Assembly (NCBI GenBank): GCA_965249005.1
Contig: CBDFLD010000023.1
Span: 495,219-559,218, forward strand
Source of the DNA: Acidobacteriota bacterium
GTDB taxonomy: Bacteria; Acidobacteriota; UBA6911
Length of the DNA: 64,000 nt
Direction of reading: 5' to 3'
Every line of letters begins with the position of its first letter. Position 1 is the stretch's first letter. Position numbers and translations under genes: made by a program. Shown here piece after piece: positions 46,667 through 56,445 of the stretch. Below the pieces are notes generated by a model that worked only from the letters and a program-made list of their open reading frames with translations, was not told where the DNA came from and searched no databases.

Positions 46667-47686
46667 CTATGGCGTGGCTTTCAAGGCCTCGATCAACTGC
46701 TTGGCTACTTCGACCTGCTCCTGATTCTCGCCGATTTCAATGTACTTCTGGAAAGCCTCGACAGCCTCCGGAATCGTGGCGGGGCTTCCGGACAGACAGA
46801 TCCCCAGCTGGTAGTAGGCTTCGGCATAGTTTGGATCCGCCTGCACCGACTTTCTGAATGCCGCTACTGCACCATTGGTATTTCCCACATTCACCAAGGT
46901 CGCCCCCAGATTGAAAAAATTCGTGGCGGCCCCGCCGGGGTTCATTGCGACGGCCTTCTCGAAGGCTTGTTCCGACTCGGCCGTTTTGCCCATCTTGCCC
47001 AGGATTACTCCCATGTTGGTATAGAAGTTCGCATCATCGGGGTTCAGGGCAATGGCCTGCTCATAGCTCGCGATAGCCTCTTCGTTCCGGCCCAGTCCCG
47101 ACAGTGCCTGCGCCATGTTGGCTTGGATGTAGGGCTGCTCCGCATCCATGCTCAGCGCTTTTTGATATTCAGCGAGCGCCTCTTCGTTCTTCCCCACCTG
47201 GGCCAATGCCAGACCCGCATCGAAAGCCTCCTTGACTCCCTTGCTGACCTGACGTTGCTTCTCGGATTCTTCCCTCTTCTTCTTGAGTGCGTCGATGTCC
47301 TCCTGGGTCATCTCGAAGGAGAGCTTGGCCTCCTGCTGACCCGGCTTGAGTTGAAAGTCAACTTCGAAGTGTTTCGCGAGCGTCGGCCGTACGTTACTGG
47401 TGGCATCCGGCTGATAGCCCTCCGCTCGAATGATAACCCTGTATAACCCCATCGGGATACCCATATAGAAGTATTCGCCCTTCTTGTTGGTCTTGGTCCG
47501 ATACGTTCTCTTGATGTCCATCCCCAGGATCTCGACCTTGGCATCTACAACCACTTCTCCCTTATCATTTGTCACCTTGCCTTTGATGACACGGGTTCCC
47601 TGCGCCAGGGCAAGTGTCGCGAACGTCAGGGCTGCCATGATCACGACAGCACTCTTGATCAGGGGTTTCATCGAGCGTTCAGTCAT
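46667..47686 (-). CDS. Secreted protein with an N-terminal carboxypeptidase-regulatory-like domain plus TPR repeats.
   Basis: Signal peptide. VIKGKVTNDKGEVVVDAKVEI…GLYRVIIRAEGYQ is CarbopepD_reg-like. Multiple TPR repeats (…EAIASYEQAIALNPDDANFYTNMG…). Confidence 0.65.
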   Translation of the reverse strand: MTERSMKPLIKSAVVIMAALTFATLALAQGTRVIKGKVTNDKGEVVVDAKVEILGMDIKRTYRTKTNKKGEYFYMGIPMGLYRVIIRAEGYQPDATSNVRPTLAKHFEVDFQLKPGQQEAKLSFEMTQEDIDALKKKREESEKQRQVSKGVKEAFDAGLALAQVGKNEEALAEYQKALSMDAEQPYIQANMAQALSGLGRNEEAIASYEQAIALNPDDANFYTNMGVILGKMGKTAESEQAFEKAVAMNPGGAATNFFNLGATLVNVGNTNGAVAAFRKSVQADPNYAEAYYQLGICLSGSPATIPEAVEAFQKYIEIGENQEQVEVAKQLIEALKATP

Positions 47687-47989
47687 GGGGACCTCCTCGA
47701 AGCATTGAAGGGTATCGAATATTGCCGCAAAAGATCAAAGCTGAGCACCAAATGGCGAAGCTTCCTGCACCATAAGATGATCCTGAAACAAGAAAGTTGC
47801 ATCCGCGCTCTCCAACGCCAAGCAACGCACATAATGTGCGCAGGCAAAGCACATAAAGGGCGCCGGTTATCACGCGGTGCCTATTCTCATTTTAGAGCCG
47901 GGTGCAACGGACTGTCAACTTGAGGGTTCGGCCACCCGTCGACGCCTTTCCTCGGCCTTCCAGTCGCTCTGTCACGTTTGTCGGCACCT

Positions 47990-49945
47990 TCAAGATTCTA
48001 CCCCGTCAAAAAAGTCATGCAGGTCTTGGCAATCGTGGGTCAGTGGCGCCTGGGGTAGACTCTGAAGAAAGCTCCGGCCATAGGATTTGGTAAGAACTCG
48101 TTTGTCCAGTATAGCAAAGACTCCTCGATCGTCGCGATTCCGAATCAGTCGCCCCAGTCCCTGCTTCAACAAAATGATGGCTTCCGGGATCTGGTAATCG
48201 TAGAACGCGTTCCCACCCGTGGCGTTCAGATGCCGGATGCGAGCTGACACAACCGGATCGCTCGGAACCGAAAACGGTAGTTTGTCGATCACGACACAGC
48301 TGAGATCTTCCCCCTGTACATCGACGCCCTGCCAGAAACTGTTGGTGGCAAACAAGACACTGTTGGGCACGCGGCGGAATTCCTCCAGCAGCGCGCCTTT
48401 GCTCTTGTCTCCTTGCATGAGCGTCGGATACGGAAGCCGCCCTTGAAGCGATCGAAACACGTGCGCCATCTGTGCATAGCTGGTAAAGAGCACGAAGGCC
48501 CGCCCCCGGCTTGCCTCGAGGATTCTTTCCAGTTGGCTACACGCTTCGTTTGCCCAGCCCGGCTCTCTCGGCTCCGGAATGTCTCTTGGAACATACAGAA
48601 GCGTTTGGGCCTGAAAGTCGAAATGCGACCCCAGAATCAACTCTTGGGCTTCCACGACTCCGAGCCGGGAGCGAATAAACCGGAAATCCCCCCCGGTGGC
48701 CAGGGTGGCGGAGGTCAAGATCACGGTATCTACCTTTGAGAAAAGGCGGTCATTCAGAATCGAGGACACGCGGATCGGAGAAGCCCACAGGAACGCACCC
48801 CGGCCCCGGCATTCATACCAGTAAACCTGCTCGGTCGAGTCCGATTCCAGAATGTCCGCCAGATCCTGCTGGAGTTCCCCCGCCCTGCGCACCAAAGCTT
48901 CCATGACGTCGTCCTGGCCCGGATGTGCGGCCAGACTCGTTTCAAGCGACACGAACCGCGAGATCAGGGAGCGATAGAATTCCCCGATTTCCTCGGTGCT
49001 CCGGGGACCGCGGCGCACATCCAGTCCTGCACCGAACTCCTCCAATAGAAAGCGACCTTCCGAAGCCAGAAAGGGGGCGAAAAACTCCGTTGAGAACCGG
49101 GACAGCTTCGAGAGTTGATCCCTCAGAGTGTCGGACGTCTCCCCTCTTTCTTGCAGGGCCTTTTCAACATCTCGAACGAAATCCTCGAGCCTATAGTTGC
49201 TGACCATCACTCCAAAATACTGAGTGGCCGTGTCCTCGAGTTCGTGGGCTTCGTCAAAGATCACCACGGAATAGTCCGGCAGAACCGAAGCAAAGTCGGA
49301 TTGTCTCAAGGCAAGATCGGCAAAGAACAGGTGATGGTTGACAACCACGATGTCGGACTCGAGCGCCCTTTGGCGCACCTTCGTGACGAAACAGGCCTCG
49401 AAATCCGGGCATTTCTGGCCCGTACAGGTTTCTCTGCGTGCATCCAGACGCCGCCAGAGCACGAGATCATCGGGCAGCTCTTTGAGCTCGCTTCGATCAC
49501 CCGTCTGAGTCGTTTTGGCCCATCCCCGGATTTGCCGGAGGTATTCGGGGTCCTGAGGAGAGAAAAGATAGGGCTCGGAGTCGATCTCTCCCAGCTTCTT
49601 GAGGCACAAGTAATTGCTTCGGCCTTTCACATAGCAGACCGACAGCTCGCGATCGAGTATCTTCTCGACGAAAGGAATATCCTTGAAGAAAAGCTGCTCT
49701 TGAAGGTTCTTGGTGCCAGTGGAGATGATGATTTTCTTGCCGCTGGAAACGGCTGGCAGTAGGTAGGAGAGCGTTTTCCCCGTTCCCGTTCCCGCTTCGA
49801 CGCAGAGGTGATGCCGCTGCTGGATCGATTGCGCCACCGCATCACACATGGCGATCTGGCCGGGACGAAACTCGTAATTTGGATGGTGTTTGGCTACTGG
49901 CCCCTCGGGCCCAAGCAGGTCACGAAATCCTTGGTCCGTTTTCAT
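47990..49945 (-). CDS. dinG: DinG/Rad3-family ATP-dependent DNA helicase (FeS-containing).
   Basis: Walker A AGTGTGKTLSYLLP. FeS-cluster cysteines CTGQKCPDFEAC. DEAH box (VIFDEAHELED). C-terminal helicase motifs. Confidence 0.85.
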   Translation of the reverse strand: MKTDQGFRDLLGPEGPVAKHHPNYEFRPGQIAMCDAVAQSIQQRHHLCVEAGTGTGKTLSYLLPAVSSGKKIIISTGTKNLQEQLFFKDIPFVEKILDRELSVCYVKGRSNYLCLKKLGEIDSEPYLFSPQDPEYLRQIRGWAKTTQTGDRSELKELPDDLVLWRRLDARRETCTGQKCPDFEACFVTKVRQRALESDIVVVNHHLFFADLALRQSDFASVLPDYSVVIFDEAHELEDTATQYFGVMVSNYRLEDFVRDVEKALQERGETSDTLRDQLSKLSRFSTEFFAPFLASEGRFLLEEFGAGLDVRRGPRSTEEIGEFYRSLISRFVSLETSLAAHPGQDDVMEALVRRAGELQQDLADILESDSTEQVYWYECRGRGAFLWASPIRVSSILNDRLFSKVDTVILTSATLATGGDFRFIRSRLGVVEAQELILGSHFDFQAQTLLYVPRDIPEPREPGWANEACSQLERILEASRGRAFVLFTSYAQMAHVFRSLQGRLPYPTLMQGDKSKGALLEEFRRVPNSVLFATNSFWQGVDVQGEDLSCVVIDKLPFSVPSDPVVSARIRHLNATGGNAFYDYQIPEAIILLKQGLGRLIRNRDDRGVFAILDKRVLTKSYGRSFLQSLPQAPLTHDCQDLHDFFDGVES

Positions 49946-50028
49946 TCCAAAAAAGGCGATCGTCCTTACCTATCGGGGGTGATTAGGGTGAGGGTAGACC
50001 AATTCCCGTCGGCGAGGCGATATGAATC

Positions 50029-51285
50029 TCAGCTCGTTACCAACCGATTGGCATACAAGGGGAACTCGTCGTTGAGTTGAAGGACCGCCTGCCGGACCTC
50101 CCGATGAACCTCCGAGTCTGCAGGCGCCGATAACACCCGAGCAATCAGCCGGCCCACCGTCCTCATTTCTGCCTCCTTCATCCCTCGGGTAGTGACGGCA
50201 GGTGTCCCCAGTCGGATTCCACTAGCGACCATCGGCGGGTTCGGGTCAAAAGGAATCGCATTCTTGTTGACCGTGATGTTGGCTTTTTCCAGCGCCCGCT
50301 CGGCGTCCTTCCCGGTAGTACCCCTGCTGAAGACGTCGACCAGCATCAGGTGATTGTCCGTGCCGCCGGATACGATGCGGACGTTCTCGGCAATGAGCGT
50401 CCGTGCCAGCTCCTCTGCATTGTCCACTATCTGCCTTTGATACTCGGCAAAGCCAGGCAGCGAGGCCTCCTTCAGGCAGACCGCCTTCGCTGCAATAATA
50501 TGCGCCAGTGGCCCCCCCTGGATTCCCGGAAACAGATTTCGATCCAGATTCCGGCCGTGCTCCTGCCGGCACATGATCAGACCGCCTCGAGGTCCTCTCA
50601 AGGTCTTGTGCGTGGTCGTCGTGACAAAATCCATATGAGGGAAAGGACTGGGGTGGATGCCGGCGGCAACCAATCCTGCAAGGTGGGCAATGTCCGCCAT
50701 GGAATAGGCGCCGACGGAGCGCGAGATTTGGCCGACTCTTTCGAAGTCGATGATTCTCGAATAAGCGCTCGCTCCACAGATGATCAGTCGAGGTTTGGTC
50801 TTGCGCGCCAGCTCTTCGAGTTGATCGTAGTCGATTCGCTCGGTGTCTTTTTTCACACCGTACGGCTGGACGTTGTATATCCTGCCCGAGAAATTCAGAG
50901 AGTGCCCATGTGTCAAATGTCCGCCGTGGGCCAGATCCATCCCGAGAATCGTATCTCCCGGCTCACAGACAGCCATGTAGACAGCAATATTGGCCTGCGT
51001 TCCGGAATGAGGCTGGGCGTTGACATGTTCGGCGCCAAAGAGCTTTTTGGCACGTTCACGCACCAAGGACTCCACAACATCTACAAACTCACAACCCGCA
51101 TAGTATCGCCTTCCCGGGTAACCTTCCGCATACTTGTTCGTCAGTACAGAACCGGTCGCCTCCAGGATCGCCTCGCTGACGAAGTTCTCCGAGGCAATGA
51201 GTTCTAGGTTCTCGTTTTGTCGACGCACCTCGCTGTCGATTGCGGCGGCGACCTCGGGATCTACGTCGAACAGGGAATCATTCAT
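50029..51285 (-). CDS. glyA: Serine hydroxymethyltransferase. Start at ATG 51285 ([12 protein letters not shown]…).
   Basis: Canonical SHMT sequence including the PLP lysine region (…[14 protein letters not shown]…). Confidence 0.95.
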   Translation of the reverse strand: MNDSLFDVDPEVAAAIDSEVRRQNENLELIASENFVSEAILEATGSVLTNKYAEGYPGRRYYAGCEFVDVVESLVRERAKKLFGAEHVNAQPHSGTQANIAVYMAVCEPGDTILGMDLAHGGHLTHGHSLNFSGRIYNVQPYGVKKDTERIDYDQLEELARKTKPRLIICGASAYSRIIDFERVGQISRSVGAYSMADIAHLAGLVAAGIHPSPFPHMDFVTTTTHKTLRGPRGGLIMCRQEHGRNLDRNLFPGIQGGPLAHIIAAKAVCLKEASLPGFAEYQRQIVDNAEELARTLIAENVRIVSGGTDNHLMLVDVFSRGTTGKDAERALEKANITVNKNAIPFDPNPPMVASGIRLGTPAVTTRGMKEAEMRTVGRLIARVLSAPADSEVHREVRQAVLQLNDEFPLYANRLVTS

Positions 51286-51466
51286 TAAATTCTGCCTTCG
51301 CGTCCCGGATATCCACCGCAACAGAGCGAGCAAAGTCGGGGTAATCCACGCTGTCGCGGGAGTACGTCCCGTGGTCCTTGACGGCAAAGCCACACCGGAT
51401 CAGGTGCTCCCTTACATGCTCTTTCAAGCCGAAGCCGGCATGATCGCTCCCGATCGCAAACCGCAT
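51278..51466 (-). pseudogene. rpiB: Ribose-5-phosphate isomerase B, N-terminal 62 codons only. Its stop is fused to the glyA start (AATGAATGA).
   Basis: [51 protein letters not shown] matches the RpiB N-terminus. The conserved GILICGTGIG active-site region is absent, so the C-terminal roughly 85 codons are missing. Confidence 0.5.
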
Positions 51467-51715
51467 GGAAATAGTCTACCATTAAAGCCGTAACCGGGCA
51501 CCCGAAGTCGGCTCTTCCGGCACCGATTCCAGCGCGCGGCCTCCGCATCGCCGGGTTTGGCCTTGACTCGTGCACCCTGGAATCTTAGCCTTTGCTTTTC
51601 ATCCCAGTGGGGGCTTGTTCTCACACGAGCGTATTCGCGGCAGCGAGCCCTGTCTAAAAAAAGGGAATTATAAGAAACGCTTGACGGGGCTGAGCCAGGG
51701 GTGTAGGGTTCCTGA

Positions 51716-52369
51716 ATGCAAAGGTGGGCACTTCCTTTTGTCGTCTGGCTTATCCTTTTTATCCTATCGCTCATCTTCGGGATGCCCGGTCACATTAACA
51801 ACCTCTGTTCGTGGAGGGGGTGGCTCAAAGTGAGTGACTGGGGTGCCCAACAGTGGATTTCTGGGGGGTTGATTCTCGCCTCAACAGTAGTGCTTATTGC
51901 CTATTTATGGTTGCAGAAAATCAAGGAAGGGAAGCTCCAGATCCCGAAACCGAAGATTGATCCAGCCGAGAGCGGATGGGACGATCGCGGCTACCACGGC
52001 CTATTTCTCAAGAATGTTGGTGATATCAAAGCGTATGATGTCGTCATGGAACCCTTGCAGATGGGGAAATACCCTATAGAGTTCACTGGTCCTGAGGTCT
52101 CGCAGCTGGAGCCTGGAGATAAGTGTTTCTTTCACCCAAATGCGGCCCCAGCTATACTCCTAAAAAATACTCCATCTGGTTGTCCTATCTTTAAGGTGCT
52201 CCGCGGCTGGCAAAGGGAAATGGGCGACAAACGGAGTGCAGAAGCGAAGGGCCGAATCAAGTACAAAGATAGGAATGGGGTGGACTACGAAACGAGATAC
52301 ACGATTGGCGTGGATGTGGACGCGAATGACGGTCTAGTCGTAAGGATCGAGACTGGTTCTAGGAAATGA
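51716..52369 (+). CDS. Passenger hypothetical membrane protein (2 N-terminal transmembrane helices plus a soluble domain) inside the IS unit. Lower-GC codon usage.
   Basis: Hydrophobic helices ALPFVVWLILFILSLIFG and ISGGLILASTVVLIAYLWL. No recognisable family. Confidence 0.45.
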   Translation: MQRWALPFVVWLILFILSLIFGMPGHINNLCSWRGWLKVSDWGAQQWISGGLILASTVVLIAYLWLQKIKEGKLQIPKPKIDPAESGWDDRGYHGLFLKNVGDIKAYDVVMEPLQMGKYPIEFTGPEVSQLEPGDKCFFHPNAAPAILLKNTPSGCPIFKVLRGWQREMGDKRSAEAKGRIKYKDRNGVDYETRYTIGVDVDANDGLVVRIETGSRK

Positions 52370-52647
52370 TCGCCGTGTCGGAGAATTACAATATGAGAAA
52401 TAGGCGAGGGTTTAGGGTATGACAAAGCAGGAACGTGAAGACATCAAAGCCCGTGCTTTGCTTAGGCTCCATGAGTCTAAGCACGAGGTATCCGCACACC
52501 GAAGAATACAGGGATGCTGTCCAGAGGCGAGATTACGCTCAAGGTGAGTGCAACGATCTTGGCATCGTTGGGCTCTACCCAGAAAGAAAGTCATGAGAAA
52601 ACGACCTGACTATGGAGATGCAGCCCCAGGGGATTTGGTGAGAGCCC

Positions 52648-53565
52648 TTATGACCGGGCACCGGAAGACAACCCGTTATCTGCAGTCAGTGCCCGATACG
52701 TCAGCCTCTTCTCGACCAGATTCACAACAACTTGTCGCATCTGATGCAGGGTGTCAGCATGACGAAGATTGTGCTTCCCCGCAAACTCCCGAACATAGCG
52801 GTCCAGATGCTTAGGACTGATCTTATGGAAGACTCCCGTATGCGCCCGCTTCAACATCGACCAGAAGCTCTCGACGCCGTTGGTGTGGGCCTTGCCCCTC
52901 ACGTACTCGCCGACCGAGTGCTTGACCGTCTCATGATTTGGCAGGGTGTGATAGGTCAAAGCATCATCGGTGTAGATTCTGGCTCCAGGCTCAACGTGCT
53001 CCATGATAAAGCGGCTCATGGTCTCGCTCTTGGTATTCGGGACAACTGTGGCCTGGACGCGGTTGCTAGCTCGGTCTTTGATTCCCGCTACGGCGGTCTT
53101 GCCAACTGGACCTCGGCCTTCCAGCTTGGCTCTATTGGACTTGCTCATATTCCTGCGCTTGCCACCCATGTAGGTCTCATCGACTTCCACAGGACCGGAG
53201 AAAGGGGCTCCGTTGTCCGTGCGGGACCAAGCCTCACGAATCCGGTGGAGCATGAACCATGCGGCGGGCTGGCTGACTCCGATATCCCGGTGCAGCTTCA
53301 TGCTGCTGATGCTCTTGAGGCTCGTCAGTTCCAGGTAGATGGCCACGACCCACTTGCGGAGGTGAATCTTGGTGTGCGCCAGTGCGGTCCCAGTTCTGAC
53401 CGAGAAGTAACTCCGGCAATCGGTGCACCAGTAGGGCATCGGCTTTGCGTTGGGGGTCTCACTAGTGTTGAGGCTCCCGCAGTGTCCACAGCACCGGCTA
53501 CCGTCCCAAAGCTGGTCTTCAAACCACTTGGTCGCAACCTCTTCATTGGGAAACAATTCGAGCAA
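52648..53565 (-). CDS. IS1595-family transposase (N-terminal zinc ribbon plus ISXO2-like DDE domain). TTG start.
   Basis: CCGHCGS…YWCTDCRSYFS zinc ribbon, and …HTGVFHKISPKHLDRYVREFAGKHN… at the C-terminus typical of IS1595/ISXO2-like transposases. Confidence 0.85.
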   Translation of the reverse strand: MLELFPNEEVATKWFEDQLWDGSRCCGHCGSLNTSETPNAKPMPYWCTDCRSYFSVRTGTALAHTKIHLRKWVVAIYLELTSLKSISSMKLHRDIGVSQPAAWFMLHRIREAWSRTDNGAPFSGPVEVDETYMGGKRRNMSKSNRAKLEGRGPVGKTAVAGIKDRASNRVQATVVPNTKSETMSRFIMEHVEPGARIYTDDALTYHTLPNHETVKHSVGEYVRGKAHTNGVESFWSMLKRAHTGVFHKISPKHLDRYVREFAGKHNLRHADTLHQMRQVVVNLVEKRLTYRALTADNGLSSGARS

Positions 53566-53707
53566 CTGGAGAACGGTGAGACCCTTGCGGTGAGACTTTC
53601 CAGGTGCTTTGTGCTTTGTGCTTTGTCTTTGTCATGGAAATAGTATACAAAAGGAGAGGGGAAATGTCAAGCGTTTCTTATAATTCCCTAAAAAAAGGCG
53701 GAGACCC

Positions 53708-55405
53708 ATGCGATGGTCCAACACCTTCATACCCACGTTGAGAGACAACCCGGCAGATGCGGAATCGCCGTCTCATCAGCTCCTACTCAGGGCCGGCTTC
53801 ATTCGTCAACTCGGTGCCGGGATATACTCATACTTGCCGTTGGGGCAGCGGACCCTCTTGAAGATCAGCCAGATCATTCGGGAAGAAATGGGCGCCATTG
53901 GCGCGCAGGAGTTCTTTCTTCCAGCTATTCATCCGGCCAGCATTTGGCAGGAGAGCGGAAGATGGGAAGACATGGGCCCCACGATGTTTCGGCTGAAAGA
54001 CCGTTGGGGAAGGGATTTGTGCCTCGGGATGACGCACGAGGAAGTGTTCACGGCGATCGCGCGCGGCGAGATCCGTTCTTACAAGGATCTACCGCAAACA
54101 TGGTATCAGATCCAAACGAAATTCAGGGATGAAGAGCGTCCGAAGTCGGGGTTGTTGCGCCTGCGTCAGTTCATCATGAAGGATTCGTACTCCTTTGACA
54201 TCAACGACGACGGGCTCGACCAAAGCTATCAGAAACACCACGACGCGTACTGCCGAATCTATCGACGTTGTGGCTTGGATTTTGTCGGAGTGGAGGCCAG
54301 CTCCGGCGCCATGGGAGGAAGCCATTCCCAGGAGTTCATGGTCCGGATGGATGCCGGAGAAGATTTTGTCGTCACGTGTGCTTCCTGCCAATATGCGGCC
54401 AATCTGGAGCTCGCGACTTCGAAACCTGAAGCGAAGTCGGACTCTGCGCCTTCTGGCGAACTCACCGAAGTGCACACGCCGGACAAGAAGACGATCGCCG
54501 AAGTCAGTGACTTTCTCGGATGTAGTCCCGGAAGCCAGATCAAGTCCCTGGTGTACGTGGTCGATGACCAACCTTTTCTCTTTTTGGTTCAGGGCGACGA
54601 TCAGCTCAACGAGACCAAGGTCCTTGCTGCACTCCAGAGTACGCACGCCCGCCCAGCGAATCCTGAAGAGATCCGCGAGCTATTCGGCGCCGATGCCGGC
54701 AGCCTGGGACCAGTCGGCTTATCGGATATAGCGATTTATGCTGATTCCAGGCTTCAAGGACGGCAGAATCTGACCTGCGGAGCAAACAAGGACGATTACC
54801 ACCTGCAGGGCGTGACCCCAGATGTGCACTTCAAGCCAGCCTGGACGGATCTCAGGCAAGTACAAAAAGGGGAGCCGTGCATCCGTTGCGGGGATGCTCT
54901 CGACGTCTACAAAGCAGCCGAGGTCGGACATATTTTCAAGCTGGGCACCAAGTATTCCGAGAGCATGGGAGCCATGGTTCTCAACCCGGAAGGCAAGCAG
55001 ACCCCTATCGTCATGGGAAGTTACGGCATTGGCCTCGAACGGATCATGTCTTCGGCGGTGGAGTTGTACCACGATTCCGACGGGATCGTCTGGCCGAGCG
55101 CCATCGCGCCCTTCTCGACTGTGATCACTCCCATCAACTACAAGGGAGAGATGCAAGCCGCCGCCGATGATCTCTATCGGCAATTGCAGGCTCACGGCAT
55201 CGACGCCCTATTGGACGACCGTCTGGAACGACCCGGCGTGAAGTTCAAGGACGCGGATCTGGTCGGCGTCCCGTACCGTCTGGTCCTGGGGCCGCAAAAA
55301 CTGAAAGAGGGCAAGGCGGAGCTGTTCGACCGCAGGGCGAAAACGGGAGACGTCTTCGACATTTCCGAGATCATCTCTGTCCTCGCGGAGAAGCTCCGCT
55401 CGTAG
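53708..55405 (+). CDS. proS: Prolyl-tRNA synthetase, bacterial type with the INS editing domain.
   Basis: Class II motifs (…FRDEERPKSGLLRLRQFIMKDSYSF…, …GSYGIGLERI…), an insertion domain, and the C-terminal anticodon-binding domain. Confidence 0.95.
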   Translation: MRWSNTFIPTLRDNPADAESPSHQLLLRAGFIRQLGAGIYSYLPLGQRTLLKISQIIREEMGAIGAQEFFLPAIHPASIWQESGRWEDMGPTMFRLKDRWGRDLCLGMTHEEVFTAIARGEIRSYKDLPQTWYQIQTKFRDEERPKSGLLRLRQFIMKDSYSFDINDDGLDQSYQKHHDAYCRIYRRCGLDFVGVEASSGAMGGSHSQEFMVRMDAGEDFVVTCASCQYAANLELATSKPEAKSDSAPSGELTEVHTPDKKTIAEVSDFLGCSPGSQIKSLVYVVDDQPFLFLVQGDDQLNETKVLAALQSTHARPANPEEIRELFGADAGSLGPVGLSDIAIYADSRLQGRQNLTCGANKDDYHLQGVTPDVHFKPAWTDLRQVQKGEPCIRCGDALDVYKAAEVGHIFKLGTKYSESMGAMVLNPEGKQTPIVMGSYGIGLERIMSSAVELYHDSDGIVWPSAIAPFSTVITPINYKGEMQAAADDLYRQLQAHGIDALLDDRLERPGVKFKDADLVGVPYRLVLGPQKLKEGKAELFDRRAKTGDVFDISEIISVLAEKLRS

Positions 55406-55479
55406 GGACATCCCCCCCACGTTTCCGAGTTTTCTGTGGAATGGAGTTTGCGAAGAAACGGAAACGTGGGGGACGTCCC
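55405..55479. repeat. Copy 2 of the palindromic repeat: arms GGGACATCCCCCCACGTTTCCG / CGGAAACGTGGGGGACGTCCC with a 31-nt loop. It lies between convergent proS and xerC.
   Basis: Inverted repeat read directly. The arms are nearly identical to those at 236-294. Confidence 0.5.
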
Positions 55480-55500
55480 TAAGCGCTGTTGCGCGCCGCC

Positions 55501-56445
55501 TTAGCGTTTGCGCGCCCTTGGGTGACACGCTTCGTGGACTCGAAGCAGCTGCTCTGTGGAAACGTGCGTGTACTTCTGGGTTGTGGACAGACTCTGGTGC
55601 CCCAGCAATTCTTGGATGACCCGCAGATCGGCTCCGGCGTTGAGCATATGGGTGGCAAACGTGTGGCGCAGTGTGTGCGGATGTGCTCCCGACCGCTCGA
55701 TGAGTTGATTGGCATAGCGTGCCACGATCTTTGCCACGCTCCTCGAACTGAGTCTCCCCCCCCGAAAGTTCAGAAAGACCGCGCTTCCGCTCCGGGCGGG
55801 ATCACGGCGAGTCGCGAGCTCGATCCGGACGCCCAAATAGTCCTCGAGCGCCGTATGAGCCGCGCCACCAAACGGAACCAGGCGTTCCTTCCTCCCCTTT
55901 CCCAGCACTCTCAGAATTTGCTCCTCCATGTTCAAGTCCTGCAACTCGAGCGCCACGAGCTCCCCGACTCGAAGGCCCGATGCGTACAGGAGCTCCAGAA
56001 TGGCTCGATCGCGTTTTCCGAGTGGGCTTGCAGTGTCCGGGGACTCGATCAACCTTTCGACGACATCGACCATCAGATAATCCGGCAGCCGTTTCTCTTG
56101 CCGTGGTGACGCAACGAGCGCAGCCGCATTGCCATGGACCACGCCCTTCGACGACACATACTTCAAAAAGGATCGCAAAGTAGCCAGTTTTCGAGCGACC
56201 GAGCTTTTCTTGTTTCCCGTCCTATACAGAAAGCCAAGGAACTCTCGAATCGTCAGATTGTCAATCTGGTCCAATGGAGGCTCCTGCCTCGGTTTCCCCT
56301 TGGTGTCGGTCGTCAGGTGACTGTGGAATTGCATCAAGTCCGAAGTGTAGCTTCGGACCGTGTGGGGAGACGCTTGCTTTTCGTAACTCAAGTAATCCAA
56401 ATACTCCTGGATCCAGCCCGTCAAACCCTTTTCGTTGTGGCTCAC
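55501..56445 (-). CDS. xerC: Tyrosine site-specific recombinase XerC/XerD family.
   Basis: N-terminal SAM-like domain. The C-terminal catalytic domain has R…HTLRHTFATHML…GH…Y (LGHQSLSTTQKYTHV). Confidence 0.85.
   Translation of the reverse strand: MSHNEKGLTGWIQEYLDYLSYEKQASPHTVRSYTSDLMQFHSHLTTDTKGKPRQEPPLDQIDNLTIREFLGFLYRTGNKKSSVARKLATLRSFLKYVSSKGVVHGNAAALVASPRQEKRLPDYLMVDVVERLIESPDTASPLGKRDRAILELLYASGLRVGELVALELQDLNMEEQILRVLGKGRKERLVPFGGAAHTALEDYLGVRIELATRRDPARSGSAVFLNFRGGRLSSRSVAKIVARYANQLIERSGAHPHTLRHTFATHMLNAGADLRVIQELLGHQSLSTTQKYTHVSTEQLLRVHEACHPRARKR

Larger units (their letters stand above)
51663..53688. mobile_element. IS1595-family transposable unit, 2026 bp, carrying a passenger gene. 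Perfect 23-bp terminal inverted repeats (GGGAATTATAAGAAACGCTTGAC) and an 8-bp target-site duplication TAAAAAAA (51655-51662 and 53689-53696).
   Basis: Inverted repeats and duplication read directly. The transposase inside is IS1595-type. Inverted repeats of the form GGnnATTAT and an 8-bp duplication are, to my recollection, characteristic of an IS1595 subgroup (ISNwi1-like). Internal GC is lower than the flanks. Confidence 0.7.

Noticed and set aside
52732-53643. 303-aa plus-strand ORF
   Set aside because: Antisense to the IS1595 transposase, which has strong family similarity.
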